NCBI GenBank assembly: GCA_040437565.1
Contig: JBDOQK010000025.1
Span: forward strand, 1 to 64,000
DNA length: 64,000 nt
Origin: Albugo candida
Lineage: Eukaryota
Direction of reading: 5' to 3'
Position numbers and translations under genes: made by a program. Every line of letters begins with the position of its first letter. Position 1 is the stretch's first letter. The notes beneath the pieces were generated by a model, which was not told the origin of the DNA, did no database searches, and was given only the letters and a program-made list of their open reading frames with translations. This document shows, piece after piece, positions 48,800 through 62,164 of the stretch.

Positions 48800-50689
48800 A
48801 TGTCGGTGGTTTTTGATGAATATGGTCGCCCTTTTATAATCATACGAGACCAAGAGAGAAAGGAGAGAATAAAAGGGATTGAAGCAATCAAGGTATGCCT
48901 GCCTTCTCTCCTGCTCAGACTATTTTATCTGACGTGAGTCTAGAGCAATATTCTAGCCGCTCGTACAGTATCTAAATTATTGCGAACTTCACTTGGACCA
49001 AAAGGTCCGCAGAGTTTCTAGAATTTCGTTCCGACTTGCACACTGAATACACACTTTTAGGGATGGACAAGATGTTGGTGAGTCAGGATGGCGATCTCAC
49101 AATTTCAAATGACGGTGCTACCATCCTGGAACAAATGCACGTTGAACATCGGGTTGCCCATCTTCTGGTTGAACTATCACAGTCTCAAGATAATGAAATT
49201 GGAGATGGAACCACTGGTGTCGTTGTATTAGCAGGCGCTTTGTTGGAACAAGCGGAAAAGCTATTGGGCTATGGAATACATCCAATGAGAATAGCTGACG
49301 GATTTGAAGAAGCATGCGAGATGGCTTGCAAACGCCTTGAAGAAATTAGCGACGTTATCCAATTCACCAAAGAGGATCATGAACCTCTTGTTGAGACAGC
49401 AATGACAACTCTCTCTTCCAAGATCATTAACAAGCACAAGCGCAAAATGGCCAAGATTGCAGTTGATGCAGTTTTAAAAGTGGCCAATTTTGAGACACGT
49501 GATGTAAATTTCGACTTGATTAAGATGGAAGGAAAGCCTGGAGGAAGTTTGGAGGAAACTTCCCTTATCAACGGAATTGTTATTGACAAAGATTTTTCGC
49601 ATCCTCAAATGCCGAAAGAAGTCCGGGACGCCAAAATGTGCATCCTCACTTGTCCTTTCGAGCCTCCAAAGCCAAAGGTAAACTAATGTGTATCAGCTCC
49701 TTACCAAAGATCAGTACTGAAAGACGTGAGTGTAGACCAAGCACAAACTCGACATCACTAGTGTTGAAGCCTATGAGAAATTGTACGCCCAGGAACAGGA
49801 ATATTTCTCGACGATGATAAAACAAGTCAAGGACAGTGGCGCTAATCTTGTCATTTGTCAGTGGGGATTCGATGACGAAGCTAATCACTTACTCTTGCAA
49901 AATGCGCTTCCTGCTGTTCGCTGGGTCGGCGGTGTTGAACTCGAGTTGATTGCGATTGCAACCGGCGGTCGGATTGTTCCCCGCTTTTCTGAATTGACCT
50001 CTGAGAAGCTTGGAACCGCCTCATCCGTTCGCGAAGTAGCTTTTGGCACAACCAAAGAGCGCATGCTTGTCATCGAAGGTTGTGCGAAATCTGATGCAAT
50101 TACAATTCTGGTTCGTGGAGGAAATAAAATGATTGTGGAAGAAGCCAAACGTTCTCTGCATGACGCAATGTGCGTCACAAGAAATCTTATCAAAAACAAT
50201 CGTATCGTTTATGGCGGTGGATCAGCTGAAGTTGCTTGTGGCATAACTGTTCGCAAGCATGCCGATAAGATTGCCGGAACCACGCAGGTTTGCATAACGC
50301 GATCTCTCTCTTTCACATTGACCCATGACATTTGTTCACAGTACGCAATCCGAGCATTCGCAGATGCTTTAGAGGACATTCCAATGGCATTGGCCGAGAA
50401 CAGCGGGCACAATCCTATCGATTCTCTGTCCGCTGTCCGTGCACAGCAAATTAGTGAAGGAAATCCTCGGCTTGGTGTCGACTGTAACAACGCAGGAACG
50501 ACAGGTAATTTCTTGAATCACCGAATAAAGCCATGCGACGAAGGATTGATTTCCTTATTTTTAGATATGAAAGCACAAGGTGTGTTTGAAACTTTGCTCA
50601 TGAAGCAGCAGCAGTATCAATTGGCAACGCAAGTGGTACGAATGATACTGAAAATTGACGATGTGATGTTGGAAGGAGCTTACGCCTGA
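48800..50689 (+). CDS. CCT5: T-complex protein 1 subunit epsilon
   Basis: [72 protein letters not shown]. Confidence 0.96.
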
Positions 50690-50832
50690 ACACATTAAAT
50701 AATAAACATGGATTGTTTGTTTGGAAAAGAATGTAAACGAAACACTCGTTAGCTCTACTCCATGTCTTTCACTCCTTTGCGGCCTTCAGCACACCACTAT
50801 GGACACGATGTTAGCCTCATCAATATTGCATG

Positions 50833-51258
50833 TCAATATGACACAGAATTTGTAGTTGGTCGTACTTCGTCATTTTTCCCCATAGATATAAGTTGCCTTC
50901 GGAAATACGGGTAGACCTGTCGATTATTCGTCACAATTGAGGTCGAATTTGGTAAGATCGTAGGGCGTCCGGGAAATGGCGCGACCAAAACGCGGCCATC
51001 CGAAGGTTCTCGAGTTGCAAAACTAGTTTCTGGAAAAAGATTCCCTGCGACCAAAGTATATGTCTCAGCGCCCGCACCGTCTACAAAGGTTCGTGGTTGT
51101 ATGGGAATATCACAAAATGGCGAAAATGCATGACAAATTCGCGAATCTGTTCTATCTATAACTCTCTTTCTCTTTGGCCGGTAAAGCGGATTATTTTGCG
51201 TTTGCTCAATGTGAGTCCTGCATGTAGAAGAGACAAATTCGCAAGAGCGCTTCATACC
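50833..51258 (-). CDS. Exon of a hypothetical protein
   Basis: 140-codon open frame preceded by a tttcag acceptor; no family recognised and full gene extent unresolved. Confidence 0.35.
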   Translation of the reverse strand, partial: GMKRSCEFVSSTCRTHIEQTQNNPLYRPKRKRVIDRTDSRICHAFSPFCDIPIQPRTFVDGAGAETYTLVAGNLFPETSFATREPSDGRVLVAPFPGRPTILPNSTSIVTNNRQVYPYFRRQLISMGKNDEVRPTTNSVSY

Positions 51259-51795
51259 TGAAAGGTGGTAAAAATCAAAATAATCAGTGAGTTGGCTCCA
51301 TTCTCAACCAGCTTTTGACCAGAAGGTAATGAATCCCAAAGAGATAGCCTGTTATGATTACGTTAGTGCGTTAGCAATGTAAAAGAAGCATACTGAACAC
51401 TTAAACTGTGCCTCCTTTGATAAATACTATGACAAAATGGGGGTTTGACGCGCCCATGGTATAGACTTCACGCCTGATGCTTCTGAATCTATTCAGTGAC
51501 CTCATACGTAACATCCGTTTCGTGCGAGTCAGATGGCTTCTATCCTTCCATTTCGGCATTCATGCATTGACCCCCCACTGAAGAAACAAAAACTCACAAC
51601 CTCATTCACGATAAAATGCATCGGTGAATTTTGGAGGCAGCTACAACAAAGCTTTGTCATTATAACCCGAGCTGGCCAGATTAGAAACTCGCTCACCTAA
51701 TTATAGAATCAGAAAATGCACGCATAAATAATCCATCATCGATAAGTCCTTTCACTCTCTTTTTTTGACAATGAATGAAGTCATCTAATCATCCC

Positions 51796-53193
51796 ATGGA
51801 GGACACTTTCATCACAGCTCCACGCAACAAGTTGCAGCGAAACGCGTCTTCAAGCTCTCATATAAATGAAAATGAATGCGACAAAACATCGGAAGCTTTT
51901 CCAGGGTAAGTGAGCATCTTAATGTCACTCCACTTAATTGCTGAGAGAAAACCACTTGACAGCATGAAGAATGTTCGAGAGAAACATGTGGAACTTCATC
52001 AAGTCATCGGCACATTATCCGAGAAGATTGGGACTTTACTTGGGAAACAAGAACGCGATTTTCTCGCAGCATATCGCGCACATATGTTCAGCATTCAAAA
52101 GGAGCTTCATGAACTTCGCAGGCAGCTACAATGCAAAGAGACGGATGAGAACAAGACCGAAAAAGAAAAAAAGCTAGAGGAAGAACGCGACTGTTTTCGT
52201 AAGGAAGCTGTTCGGCTGGATGAAATTACATCAACTATGTCTCGTGACTTGAACCACGTCAAGGAGAAGCTTGCAATCACGGAAAAAGATAGAGATTGGA
52301 ATGAGAAACGATTGAAAAAGTACAAAATGAAAAACAAGATTCTCACCGCAGCATTAGAATCTCGATCCGTGTCGGCCGATAGCGTTGACGGTCAGATGCT
52401 TACTCTGTATAAGGATGAAAAAGTCCATTGTATTTGTTCTGCTTCACGCAATTGCAATAAGGGAGCAAAAACACAGAAATATGGAGATACTCAGCAGGCT
52501 GGTGCTCAGACGTCATCAAAGACAGAATCAAACCGGATACGCGAGTGTACCGAATCGAGTCAGCTTAAAATAAATCGCAATTGTATGAAGCAAAAGAATC
52601 TTGATCTTGCGGTATTGCGACACAAAGAACTGAGTCAGGGTAAAGGCAGCAAAGATCGCTTACAAGATAGGAGTTTCAGTGCACAGATCGTTAAAAATAA
52701 TGGCTTACATTCGAAGAAAGTTGATTATCACAACTCGGAAACAACAATGTGCAGCATTCGAGAATTTTACTTGCAGTGCGTTCAACGCGTCAAAGAAGGA
52801 GAAAACCGCACTACTCATTCCTCGAAAGCTGGGAAAGATAAGAAGGTTCCTGCGTTTGAGAATAACAGCGGAACAGCTGCTTTATCCGAGCTTATAGATT
52901 TTCCGGTATCCCAGCGCATACGTGTCATGGAAATACTTCTGTCAAATGATGAAGTGCTACGGCATATGCAAAACAATTTTCTCGAGTCTAACGTTACCAT
53001 TCAGACTCTGGGAAGTGCATCTCCAATCTTGGCGCCATGTACTGTAGCTCAGAAACCCTCTAACACACGATCAACTGGCCACAGCGCTGGCGCAGTACGA
53101 AAACCAGCTGGTAGTGGAGCTTCAGTTGTGACAGCTAGAAATTATGGATTGCCGCTCAATGATTCTTCACGATCATATCTGAACATAAAGTAA
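51796..53193 (+). CDS. Coiled-coil hypothetical protein (2 exons)
   Basis: Exon 1 MEDTFIT.., intron ~51907-51962, then QERDFLAAYRAHM and a long heptad region. Confidence 0.72.
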
Positions 53194-55550
53194 GGCAATA
53201 AAACAACATGCTGAGCAAATCTCATCATGCTTTACATCGTTATATCGGTATCTACAAAGAATTGCACACTCGTGGTCTTCTGTGAACAGTGGAATGTATC
53301 ATTTTCGATATATTTTAAGAATGTTGGGAGAGTGCCTTCATTTTGAATAAAAGTAAGGACAATGATGGCTCCTGCATGTATCACGAGCGCTATAAGAAAT
53401 CAATGATAACGAAGCTGGGCATCATATTGGAGCGACTTTCTACTATTATTCCTCAAGCGTAAAAAGATTGTATCTTGTTAAGAGAAAAATGGATTTCTGA
53501 GAAAAGGGAATTGTGTATACCTCTTATTATGTCGCGTTGATAAGCCGGATAGTCTCTGTCTCTGCCAAACTAGTATTCAAAAAATGCGTTTGAGCGAACT
53601 GCTTGCCTCGTCGATTTGTATCACCATATTGGACATCGAGGAATGGTATTGTCATAGCAAAGGAGTTAATTAGTTTCGGAGTATGGATTATATCAGAAAT
53701 CAAAAGAAAAGAAAAGAAGCAAAAGACTTCGAGTACCTATGAAGTAGAATGATTTATGGGGATTTTGCGATTTGAGGCATATGCAAAGCAAACAAATGGA
53801 TCACAGACTTTCACACAAACTCCGAAACAACTCGCACAGATTTCTTAGTATGCATCCAATATTATACTCTTCTACATGCCAATAGATCATGCCACTTTTG
53901 GCTGGAACGACACATCTAAGACTAATCAGTAAAAAACAGGTCTGTAGATGAACGTTATCGACCTTAACGGGGTTTCCATCTCGGAAATGCAGTGAGTAAA
54001 GAAACCTGTGTAGAATTATAGACGTATGGAAGTTGCACAGAACCAAGTACGAGTCCGTCAGTTGATTTCGTCGAAGAAGGTTCTTCGATGAAAATCAGTA
54101 AATCATTGCCTCGACCGAACCCAGAACTCGTTTTATCGACAAATTGATTAACCTGATAGATGAGCAACAGATAATTTGGCGAACACGATGGCTGATCGGT
54201 GCACCTTATTGCTCCTAACCTAACGTTCGCTTTAAGCCTTATTGCACACGAAGTCTTACTCATAGATACTCCACGATTCCTGCCTCAACATTTGTATTCT
54301 ATAGTATCCTTCAATCCAGTATCTGGTAATACAGATTTGCAACATGAAAGCGGGCTCACATTCAAATAACATTGATTGTTAATTTGCACACCTTGAACCT
54401 TCCCAAAATTCAATGTTAGCATCCTCAGAATATCGTGCTTGAAGCAACGAAATGTCGAAGGCGAAGCATAACGAACGGAAATGATAAGAAGAAGAACCCG
54501 AATAACCGTATACGACGCGATGATCTACATTGACGTCGTTTCCAGCTTGTCTACTATCAGGATGGTTACCTTGCAAAGCATTGGACTTTCCTTTCCCGAA
54601 TACAACTGAAACATAACACCCAGCACTTGGTCCTCTAAAAAAGGGTCGCGTCCGGCACACGTCATTTACATCACCAGTAGCAGGAAGTCATCCCGGTAGC
54701 TCAGACTGACTACCTCTTTGGTCGGATCGGCGAAAGAATCCTATCTGCTATGGCCGACACGCATGCTCCAAGATGCAGCACGCGTTGCCGATATGCGGAT
54801 TGCCGATAACGGCAGTGAATTAGCCTCACGAAACACCTTCTTCAAGAGGACGTATCATCTATAAGAAAATGAGATTGTGCTGACTTGACCTATTGTATCA
54901 CTGCTGCCACGACCTCTGATAGTCTATTCACCAGAACAGGCGGCATCGACCAGGTCGTGGGACACACATGGTATTCATCTTCTTTCAGTTTTTATTGCAG
55001 CTAGCCTATTGCAGCTCGCCACTTGCTCTTTCAAAGCGAAGCTTACAATATGATTTGATAAGTCCACATCAGCTGAATTTATGTACTGGTTGACGCTGCA
55101 CCATTCTTCGATGTCTCATCCTTTATGTATAGCAGCAGCAAACTCTCGTCGCCGAGTTCGTGAGAGAAAATTCACGGAAAGAAGTTTTAGTGTGTAGTAT
55201 GTGAGTATACGCATAGATAACGCCATCGAATGCATAAATCACATCGGAAACTTAGACACTACCGTGTGACTATATTCAGTGATGTGCAAACAAAACCGTC
55301 TGGTTTTCTTTCCGCTTTTTTAGATGTAGGTGAAATATGACTATGTCTGTGTACAATGGTTCGCGAGGACTATTGTGGGTCTACGAAATGAACAAGAAAA
55401 CGATAGATAAAAGACGCAAATGAAGATTCTGACATCGCGTTGCCGATAGCAGTTACTTAACTCATTCTACCACTACCACTACCACTACAGCTACTCAGAA
55501 CGGATACACAATGCTTACTGATACTACAAGCGGACGGAACGAGACATAAA

Positions 55551-55663
55551 CTACCACCCATAACGATAGCGATAGTGATAGCCGTAGTTAGGGTAACCTC
55601 CCCAAAACTCATCTCGATCCATATCTTCGTTGTCTTCACTTGCCCCACGTATACGAACCGTTC
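55551..55663 (-). CDS. C-terminal fragment of a small Gly/Tyr-rich protein (5' end lost in gap); absent from the ORF track
   Basis: Frame 55661 to 55551 reads TVRIRGASEDNEDMDRDEFWGGYPNYGYHYRYRYGW*. Confidence 0.55.
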
Positions 55664-56099
55664 NNNNNNNNNNNNNNNNNNNNNNNNNNNNNNNNNNNNN
55701 NNNNNNNNNNNNNNNNNNNNNNNNNNNNNNNNNNNNNNNNNNNNNNNNNNNNNNNNNNNNNNNTTAAAGAAGAGCCTTTAGCCGAGAAGACAACGCCCTC
55801 AACGGAACCTGGTAGCCGTACCTTTGAGGAGAGTCTGTCAGATCAGGATTGGAACCAGCAAAGATTCTTATGATGTACTTGATGTCTTTAAGTGACAAAG
55901 TGCATGACTACAAACCAAACCTACATTATTTCTTGCGACCATGAATCCATCCTGATGGCAAAATCCAGCTTTTTGATTGTGGACAATCACAGCATATTCA
56001 TGTGAAGCTGGTCTTATGTCATAAGTTGGAACAAGCCAAATATTGATCCAAGCTATGTTTAGTACTTGATAGCCCTTTCTTATTGTCTCCAAAGAAGAA

Positions 56100-56450
56100 C
56101 ATTAAAGCAAACTATATAATGCCGTTGAAGATAAGACACCATTTTACAACGATGCAATCGTAACTTTGACGCGGCGTGGTCTCCGTAGAAGCACGATTCT
56201 TTCCAAAAGGTCGCTGATGAAACTAGGCTGATGAGCAAGGAGTGCTTCTGCGGATTATTGTCTTGTACTTGATGCTCAAATAAGATTTCGCATCCATGAG
56301 TAGGATACCAATGAAGCAGCTAACGATATTACATGCCGCTAATGTTGTCGTTGGAAGCAATGCTTGGCATGAGCTGGCGGCATCCACCAACAAGGAACTT
56401 TTACTCGGAAGGCCAAATATGGCTGCTATCCCTGACAGACGGCGAGCTGT
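56100..56450 (+). mobile_element. Possible pogo/Tigger (DDE_1) transposase relic
   Basis: TILQRCNRNFDAAW loosely resembles the LQPxD..FK motif and LTILHAA..NAWHELAAST resembles the AW...TI motif; highly decayed. Confidence 0.25.
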
Positions 56451-57459
56451 TAATGGCGTATCTCAGAAACTTGGCCTCCAAATTGAAAACCATGAGATAG
56501 GCGTACACAAGTGATTGTCGGTAAACCGTCGCGTTGCTCCAGTTCTGATTCTTAACGCGCGATTATGATGCTGAGTATACAACCTTGCGAATTTGCTGAT
56601 ATGGCGGCACAACCGTTTTACATAGGCCTTGATGGAACAAGAACACAGCCAAGTTGAGGTAATTCACCGCCACTAACTTTGTTCGACGTGCGCTACGCAT
56701 TCACCTTCATGCACAACTCAGCATTATTACTGCCTTTTATGCGTTCTACAAATTGAGCCCATCCTGCAACGGCCCGATGGCGTCTTTCTAAATACAGTTT
56801 TATGGCAAAATTGGCTGGAACGACGATGCTCGGATACGTTATTTGAGTATGCCAGTTGATAGTCGCAGTTCTATCTTAAAACCAAGCCTGTCTTTGCTCG
56901 GTATGGCTAGGAGCTGTTTGATTGGTGCCTCGTCTAATTTGGTTTGGAAAAATATTATATCTCGTTAACATAGATCATCATTCAGGCTGAATCCCTAAAG
57001 CGCGTGTAAACAAAATTACTCAGATTTGAGTGCAAGCTAGAATTACCTTTCACAGATATTAGTCTGAAGCAATTCTTCAATTTTCTTTCATAAAGAACTC
57101 ACTTCGTTAAAGAACTTCGATAGTGCTCTACATTCCAATGACAATCACAAACATGTTGTAACATTTTGGCCAGTCCCACCCAGAATATCCCTCGTGGTGG
57201 CCTCGTTTTGCGGCTCGATTTACCGTGTATCACATTTGGAACCCCGTCCAAACTCGAATCAATCGCAAGGACAGCACATAGGAAACTCCATACTCTGAAG
57301 TCTGGGTTTAACGCTTGAGCAATCTCGCTTGTCCCGCCAGTAGTAACCGCGGAGGTTAACGTCCCTATAGTTCCGGGAATTGGTTCTGGGTGAAGAACGG
57401 CTTCTTTCAAAAGTTTTACTCGGTGAATTATGCTTCTTCTTTGCGTGGCCATCGGTAGC

Positions 57460-60400
57460 ATCACCACATCCCTTATCACAACTTTTGACCGTCAAATATG
57501 GCTGTCTCCGCGATCACAACAGCCAAAAGCTCATCGCCTCTCAACTCTTCCTCTGCAACGGCATCGAAAACATTCCATCCCGTCAAACACGTTCAAGTTG
57601 CTACAACATATCGTCCCGGTCCCTCCCTCTCCGACCATCGTATTCACAATCGAGCACCCAAACTCCGCATACCTCGCTTCGTGCGTCATCTTCCGGACGA
57701 CCATTACCTGCAAGAAAGCGAAGATGCCCTGCTTTTGGCGCGTACAACGGGTGATTATCCGGAACACATGCGCATCGCGCTACGCCACACTTTCACTCCC
57801 AGCGATGAACTCTTCGGTCTCTGGATTCCTTGTGATTCCATCTCCAGAAATCAAAAACTACATGCGATTATCTCCGAATTGGGTAATGATTTCCAACCCT
57901 TGGCATGGCAAGAAGATCGGACCAACAGGGTACTCCGCGACTTCAGTCATTCCTGGTATGAGCATCAACTTTTCTTGCACTTCCAGCGGAACAGCAGCAA
58001 ATCTCTCCCGCATGGACCTCCAACTCTTTGGACACACGGTGATGATCGCTCGCTTTTCATCCTATGCGTCCCGCTATTGGGTCGCTCTCGCCCGTCTATC
58101 CGATCATGTGGACGATACTCTTATCTACAAATGGTTTGCGTCGCGTGGATCACCGCCTAGTTCGATCGCAGCAACAATTCAAGTCAATGGGATCGCCTCC
58201 CAGAAGCGCACGGTTCACTTTGAACACGACCCCGTGCCACCTTGCCTCATGAACGATGCGATACCAGTTCGTGAAATCTACTTCGCATTGGACGACTCCT
58301 CCACCCAAGAGCAACGTCCATGTATTGTCACCCATCGCATCCAGCGCTACAACCAAGTCCCACCACCTTCGCTCACCAAACCAACAGACCCACATCCTAC
58401 TGCTCCTACTGCCCCAATTTCTGGGCCATCAAACCGACCGGTCTCATCACCATCAGCTGATCACCTCCCTTCTTCAGCTTTCGGACGTAAGCATGGATCA
58501 TGAGAACGATCCTACTCAAGCCCTTCTCAATGATGTGGAATCGGATCCAGCTAATGATTCCGACTCAACTTCCCAGTCTGAGCATATGGACAAAATTATT
58601 ATCGTCCCAAATCCTTCCAATGAAGCAATCCCATTCACGCGAGTACGTCAAGCAAAATACCTTGCGTCCCCACAGACTTCCACACCGCCAACTGCTTCCT
58701 GGAGACATCGCAACATCCACACCGGTAACTCATGGCTACACATTTACGACGGCTCCAAACTATTATGAACCGCTATGGACCGATCACTGCGATCCAAACA
58801 TCCCTGTTTCGGATTTTGACATCGACATGCGGGAAGACGAAGACTCTCCTTGTCAAGCTTCCGCCTCAATTGTTGACGACGACCCGGCCTTCAACAACAG
58901 CATACGGGACAAAGCGATCTTGTTCAAAGTGGAAAGTATGAGCAGAGCTTCACTCTTCGAACATGTTGACTCCTATATCGCCGACAATCCCCCATCCAAC
59001 CCTGAGGCTCTCCTTCTCACTATCACAGCACAACCAAGCTTGCTTGTACGACCGATGTTAGCGGGTACACCTCCCCGACTACATTCTTGGCCTGCGGACC
59101 ATGCAATGTATCGATTTTATGGCGCGGCATTTGATTCCCTTACTACATCCTTCTCTCCTTTCAACGAAGCCACGTCAATGACCGAGATGCAATAAACCCT
59201 GGCTGCGGTATCCCCAGATATACGAAAAAGCGCTCAGTTTTTGGCTCACTGGGACCTCTACCTACTCACTACAGCGCCTTCAATCTACTTCGACCCACTA
59301 AAGATCTCCAATATGATTGATGCACGCCCCACATACTTGTCGCATACACTAGTCCCATTGCTCTCCGATCGCTCCCTTCTTGACCTGGCCCGCTCACACT
59401 TTGGTTCAGCATTGCTTATGTAAAAATCCACCATTACCTCCTTAAAAGACGTCATCCAACATCTTGGCTCCACGAATTTGGCTGATGCCTCAACCGATAT
59501 GCTCATCCACCCCTGAGTCTGCGCAATGGCTTTTGAATGGTCTCTCCATCAACATCAATGGCCTTAATCGAGTCACCTCTTCCATCTTTCAATCTCTACT
59601 ACAACATCGTCATTTACTTTTTCTTCAAGAATCCAAATTTCTCATCCGCAGACCGTCTCCAATCCTGTGATTACTTTCTACAAACAACCGACGCATCAGC
59701 ACGAAGCTTTTGGTCACACTCAACCTTTCCTGAATTCACGGGACACCATGGCGCTGGCATTATTATCATCGGAAACCCCCCTTTTGGTCCAGTGGTGGAT
59801 AAAACGGCGACATATGCCTCCAACCCTCTCCTAAACAATCGCTACATCCTTCTCGAAACAACATTTCACGAGCATCTACTCTTTCTTCATTGCATCTACG
59901 CTCCTGTCCACCACAATGACTGTCCTCCTTTTTTTGAAGCTCTTCCACCCGATTTCCCTGCCGATGCACAGCACGTTATGGGTGGAGACTTCAACCAAAC
60001 TCTAGACCCCAATATGGACCAAGGCAATGGGAATGACCGCCACCATCAACACGGCCGCGAACAGCTACTTCACTGGATGTCTTCTCTACATCTCCTCGAC
60101 GATTGTAGATTAACTCACCCCGACATTAAGGAATTTACAGGCCCCAAACTTCGCCACCGTCTCGACTACTGTCTATTCAGCTTTGGCATTTTTGACGACT
60201 ATTTTCAAACTATCCAACACTGCTCCAACAAGCACTTCTTCCACGCAGATCATGTTCCTATCGCCTTCACGATCGCATCCAGAGACTACCCCCTCCAAAC
60301 CAGGAAACCTTGGCGATGCCCTCTCTGGCTATTACAGGATAAAGACGTCCAAGCCCACTTACAATCAACACTCGCTCATCTCCTCACTACTATCATGCCA

Positions 60401-61400
60401 TACAACAATCCGGGGTGTTTATTAGACGAACACAAACGCAAAGATTCAGTGTTCCTCCGACGCACATTCACGGAAATACGCCACCATCACCTCCAATATC
60501 ATGAGCTACTCCTCCGTCGCGTCCGTGACCTTGAATCCTTTTCCACTTCACCCTCTAACTCCCCTTCATCTCTTCAACGAGCACGACTGGAATTACAAGC
60601 TAATACTGAAGCAATGAAGGAAATCCACCGCACAGCTCGATTCAAACTCGACTTATATCAAACAGAAAATTGTTCCAATAATTTCTTCCGTCCCCCTACT
60701 CCGCCTACACTCCAACTAGCAATCACTGCAGTCACACTACCAGACGGCTCATTATCGAAGGACCAATCCACCATAGCTCGCCTCCACCGACGTTATTGGG
60801 GTCACATCTTTCGTTCTACNNNNNNNNNNNNNNNNNNNNNNNNNNNNNNNNNNNNNNNNNNNNNNNNNNNNNNNNNNNNNNNNNNNNNNNNNNNNNNNNN
60901 NNNNNNNNNNNNNNNNNNNAGAAACCGAGACACCTCGACACCTTTTTTGGGATTGTCCAATCGCGAGAATACTTTGGTCCTTTTACTTGAAGCCCTTCGA
61001 TCTCGTCTATTCCCAACCTCTTGATTGGACCCGCCTTCTCTTCTATACGGATCTTCGCCTCAAGCTCCGATACCAGACAAAGAGTTGCCCAACAGTATTA
61101 CTACCTATCCTACACTTCCTTCGTGGCTGTGTACTTCGCACATTATGGCTCCATCGCAACCACCGACTATACAACAACTCTGCCTACGTGTTACATTAAG
61201 TAAAGGCGACTTTTCGCCAACATATCCATTCCTACGCCACTAGTACCAATCCCGTTAGGAAAAAATCACCGGTCGGTTTTGGACCTTCCGTTGAAGCCAT
61301 GATGGGCATCCTCCTGCGCTTTTACAGCTTCCCTGTCTACCCGGTTCCACACAGCACCTTTTCTGCCACCCCCTCTCGTCAACCACACACGACTACTTCC
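57460..61400 (+). mobile_element. L1/Tx1-like non-LTR retrotransposon, decayed (ORF1, ORF2 AP-endonuclease, ORF2 C-terminus; RT not visible and presumably in the gap)
   Basis: LSININGL..LFLQESK, CIYAP, MGGDFN, RLDYCL and ADHVPI (APE motifs); after the gap LRTLWLHRN; frameshifted ORF1 from 57498. Ends approximate. Confidence 0.88.
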
Positions 61401-61910
61401 ACCGAAGTTAGTTTTCCATGATAGAGATTAAATTTTCTTTTTCACATAGCTAGCATCTAGGAAAGTCAACGTAAGTATAATGTAACGTGACTTCTCAGAA
61501 TATCCCTCGTGTACTCAGCCAACGAAAAAAATTGATATCAGATTGCATCATTAGGGACTTATACATCCGCGAAGTTGCTCAAATCTTTTGTCAAGTTGCC
61601 AGAGTACTTTTTTAAGCATGTCCCACCGACACTGTATCACAACATTGTATCATAACATTATCTCATTATGTGGCTCAGAATTAATATTCATATTGAAGAT
61701 TAGCTTCTATATAGAATGTAGTGTCGTCAGTGCGGAATGTAAATTTTGTAGTGATCGTGGCCTGTATAGATTAAGGTTCAGATGTCGTCAATTCTCACAG
61801 CAACCGCTGTTCATTATGGTTGATCTTCGAGCACTATTAGCGCTGTCATTGGAATAGCTAAAGCGCACATTAAAGAAGTTTGGTAATCAAAGATCACCTG
61901 CAAAAACGTA

Positions 61911-62004
61911 CAACTAACTTTACAACTAACTCTTACAACTAGCTTTGCAACTCACTTTTGCAACTAACTTAGCAACTCATTTTTGCAAGTCACTTTTACA
62001 ACTA
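61911..62004. repeat. Degenerate 12/13-bp minisatellite (CAACT core, ~7.5 units)
   Basis: caactaacttta-caactaactctta-caactagctttg-caactcacttttg-caactaacttag-caactcatttttg-caagtcactttta-caacta. Confidence 0.75.
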
Positions 62005-62164
62005 CATGTCCACAATGACATTACGAAAAAATTAACAGCTGTATCGTTTGACGATAGCATGCGCNNNNNNNNNNNNNNNNNNNNNNNNNNNNNNNNNNNN
62101 NNNNNNNNNNNNNNNNNNNNNNNNNNNNNNNNNNNNNNNNNNNNNNNNNNNNNNNNNNNNNNNN

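Noticed and set aside
55457..55648. 63-aa ORF ending SGSGSG
   Set aside because: The tail comes from a (ctacca)n microsatellite; the alternative Gly/Tyr-rich frame is more protein-like.
57099..57479. 126-aa minus-strand ORF next to the LINE
   Set aside because: Its start falls in LINE sequence and no family is recognised; cannot be supported as a gene.
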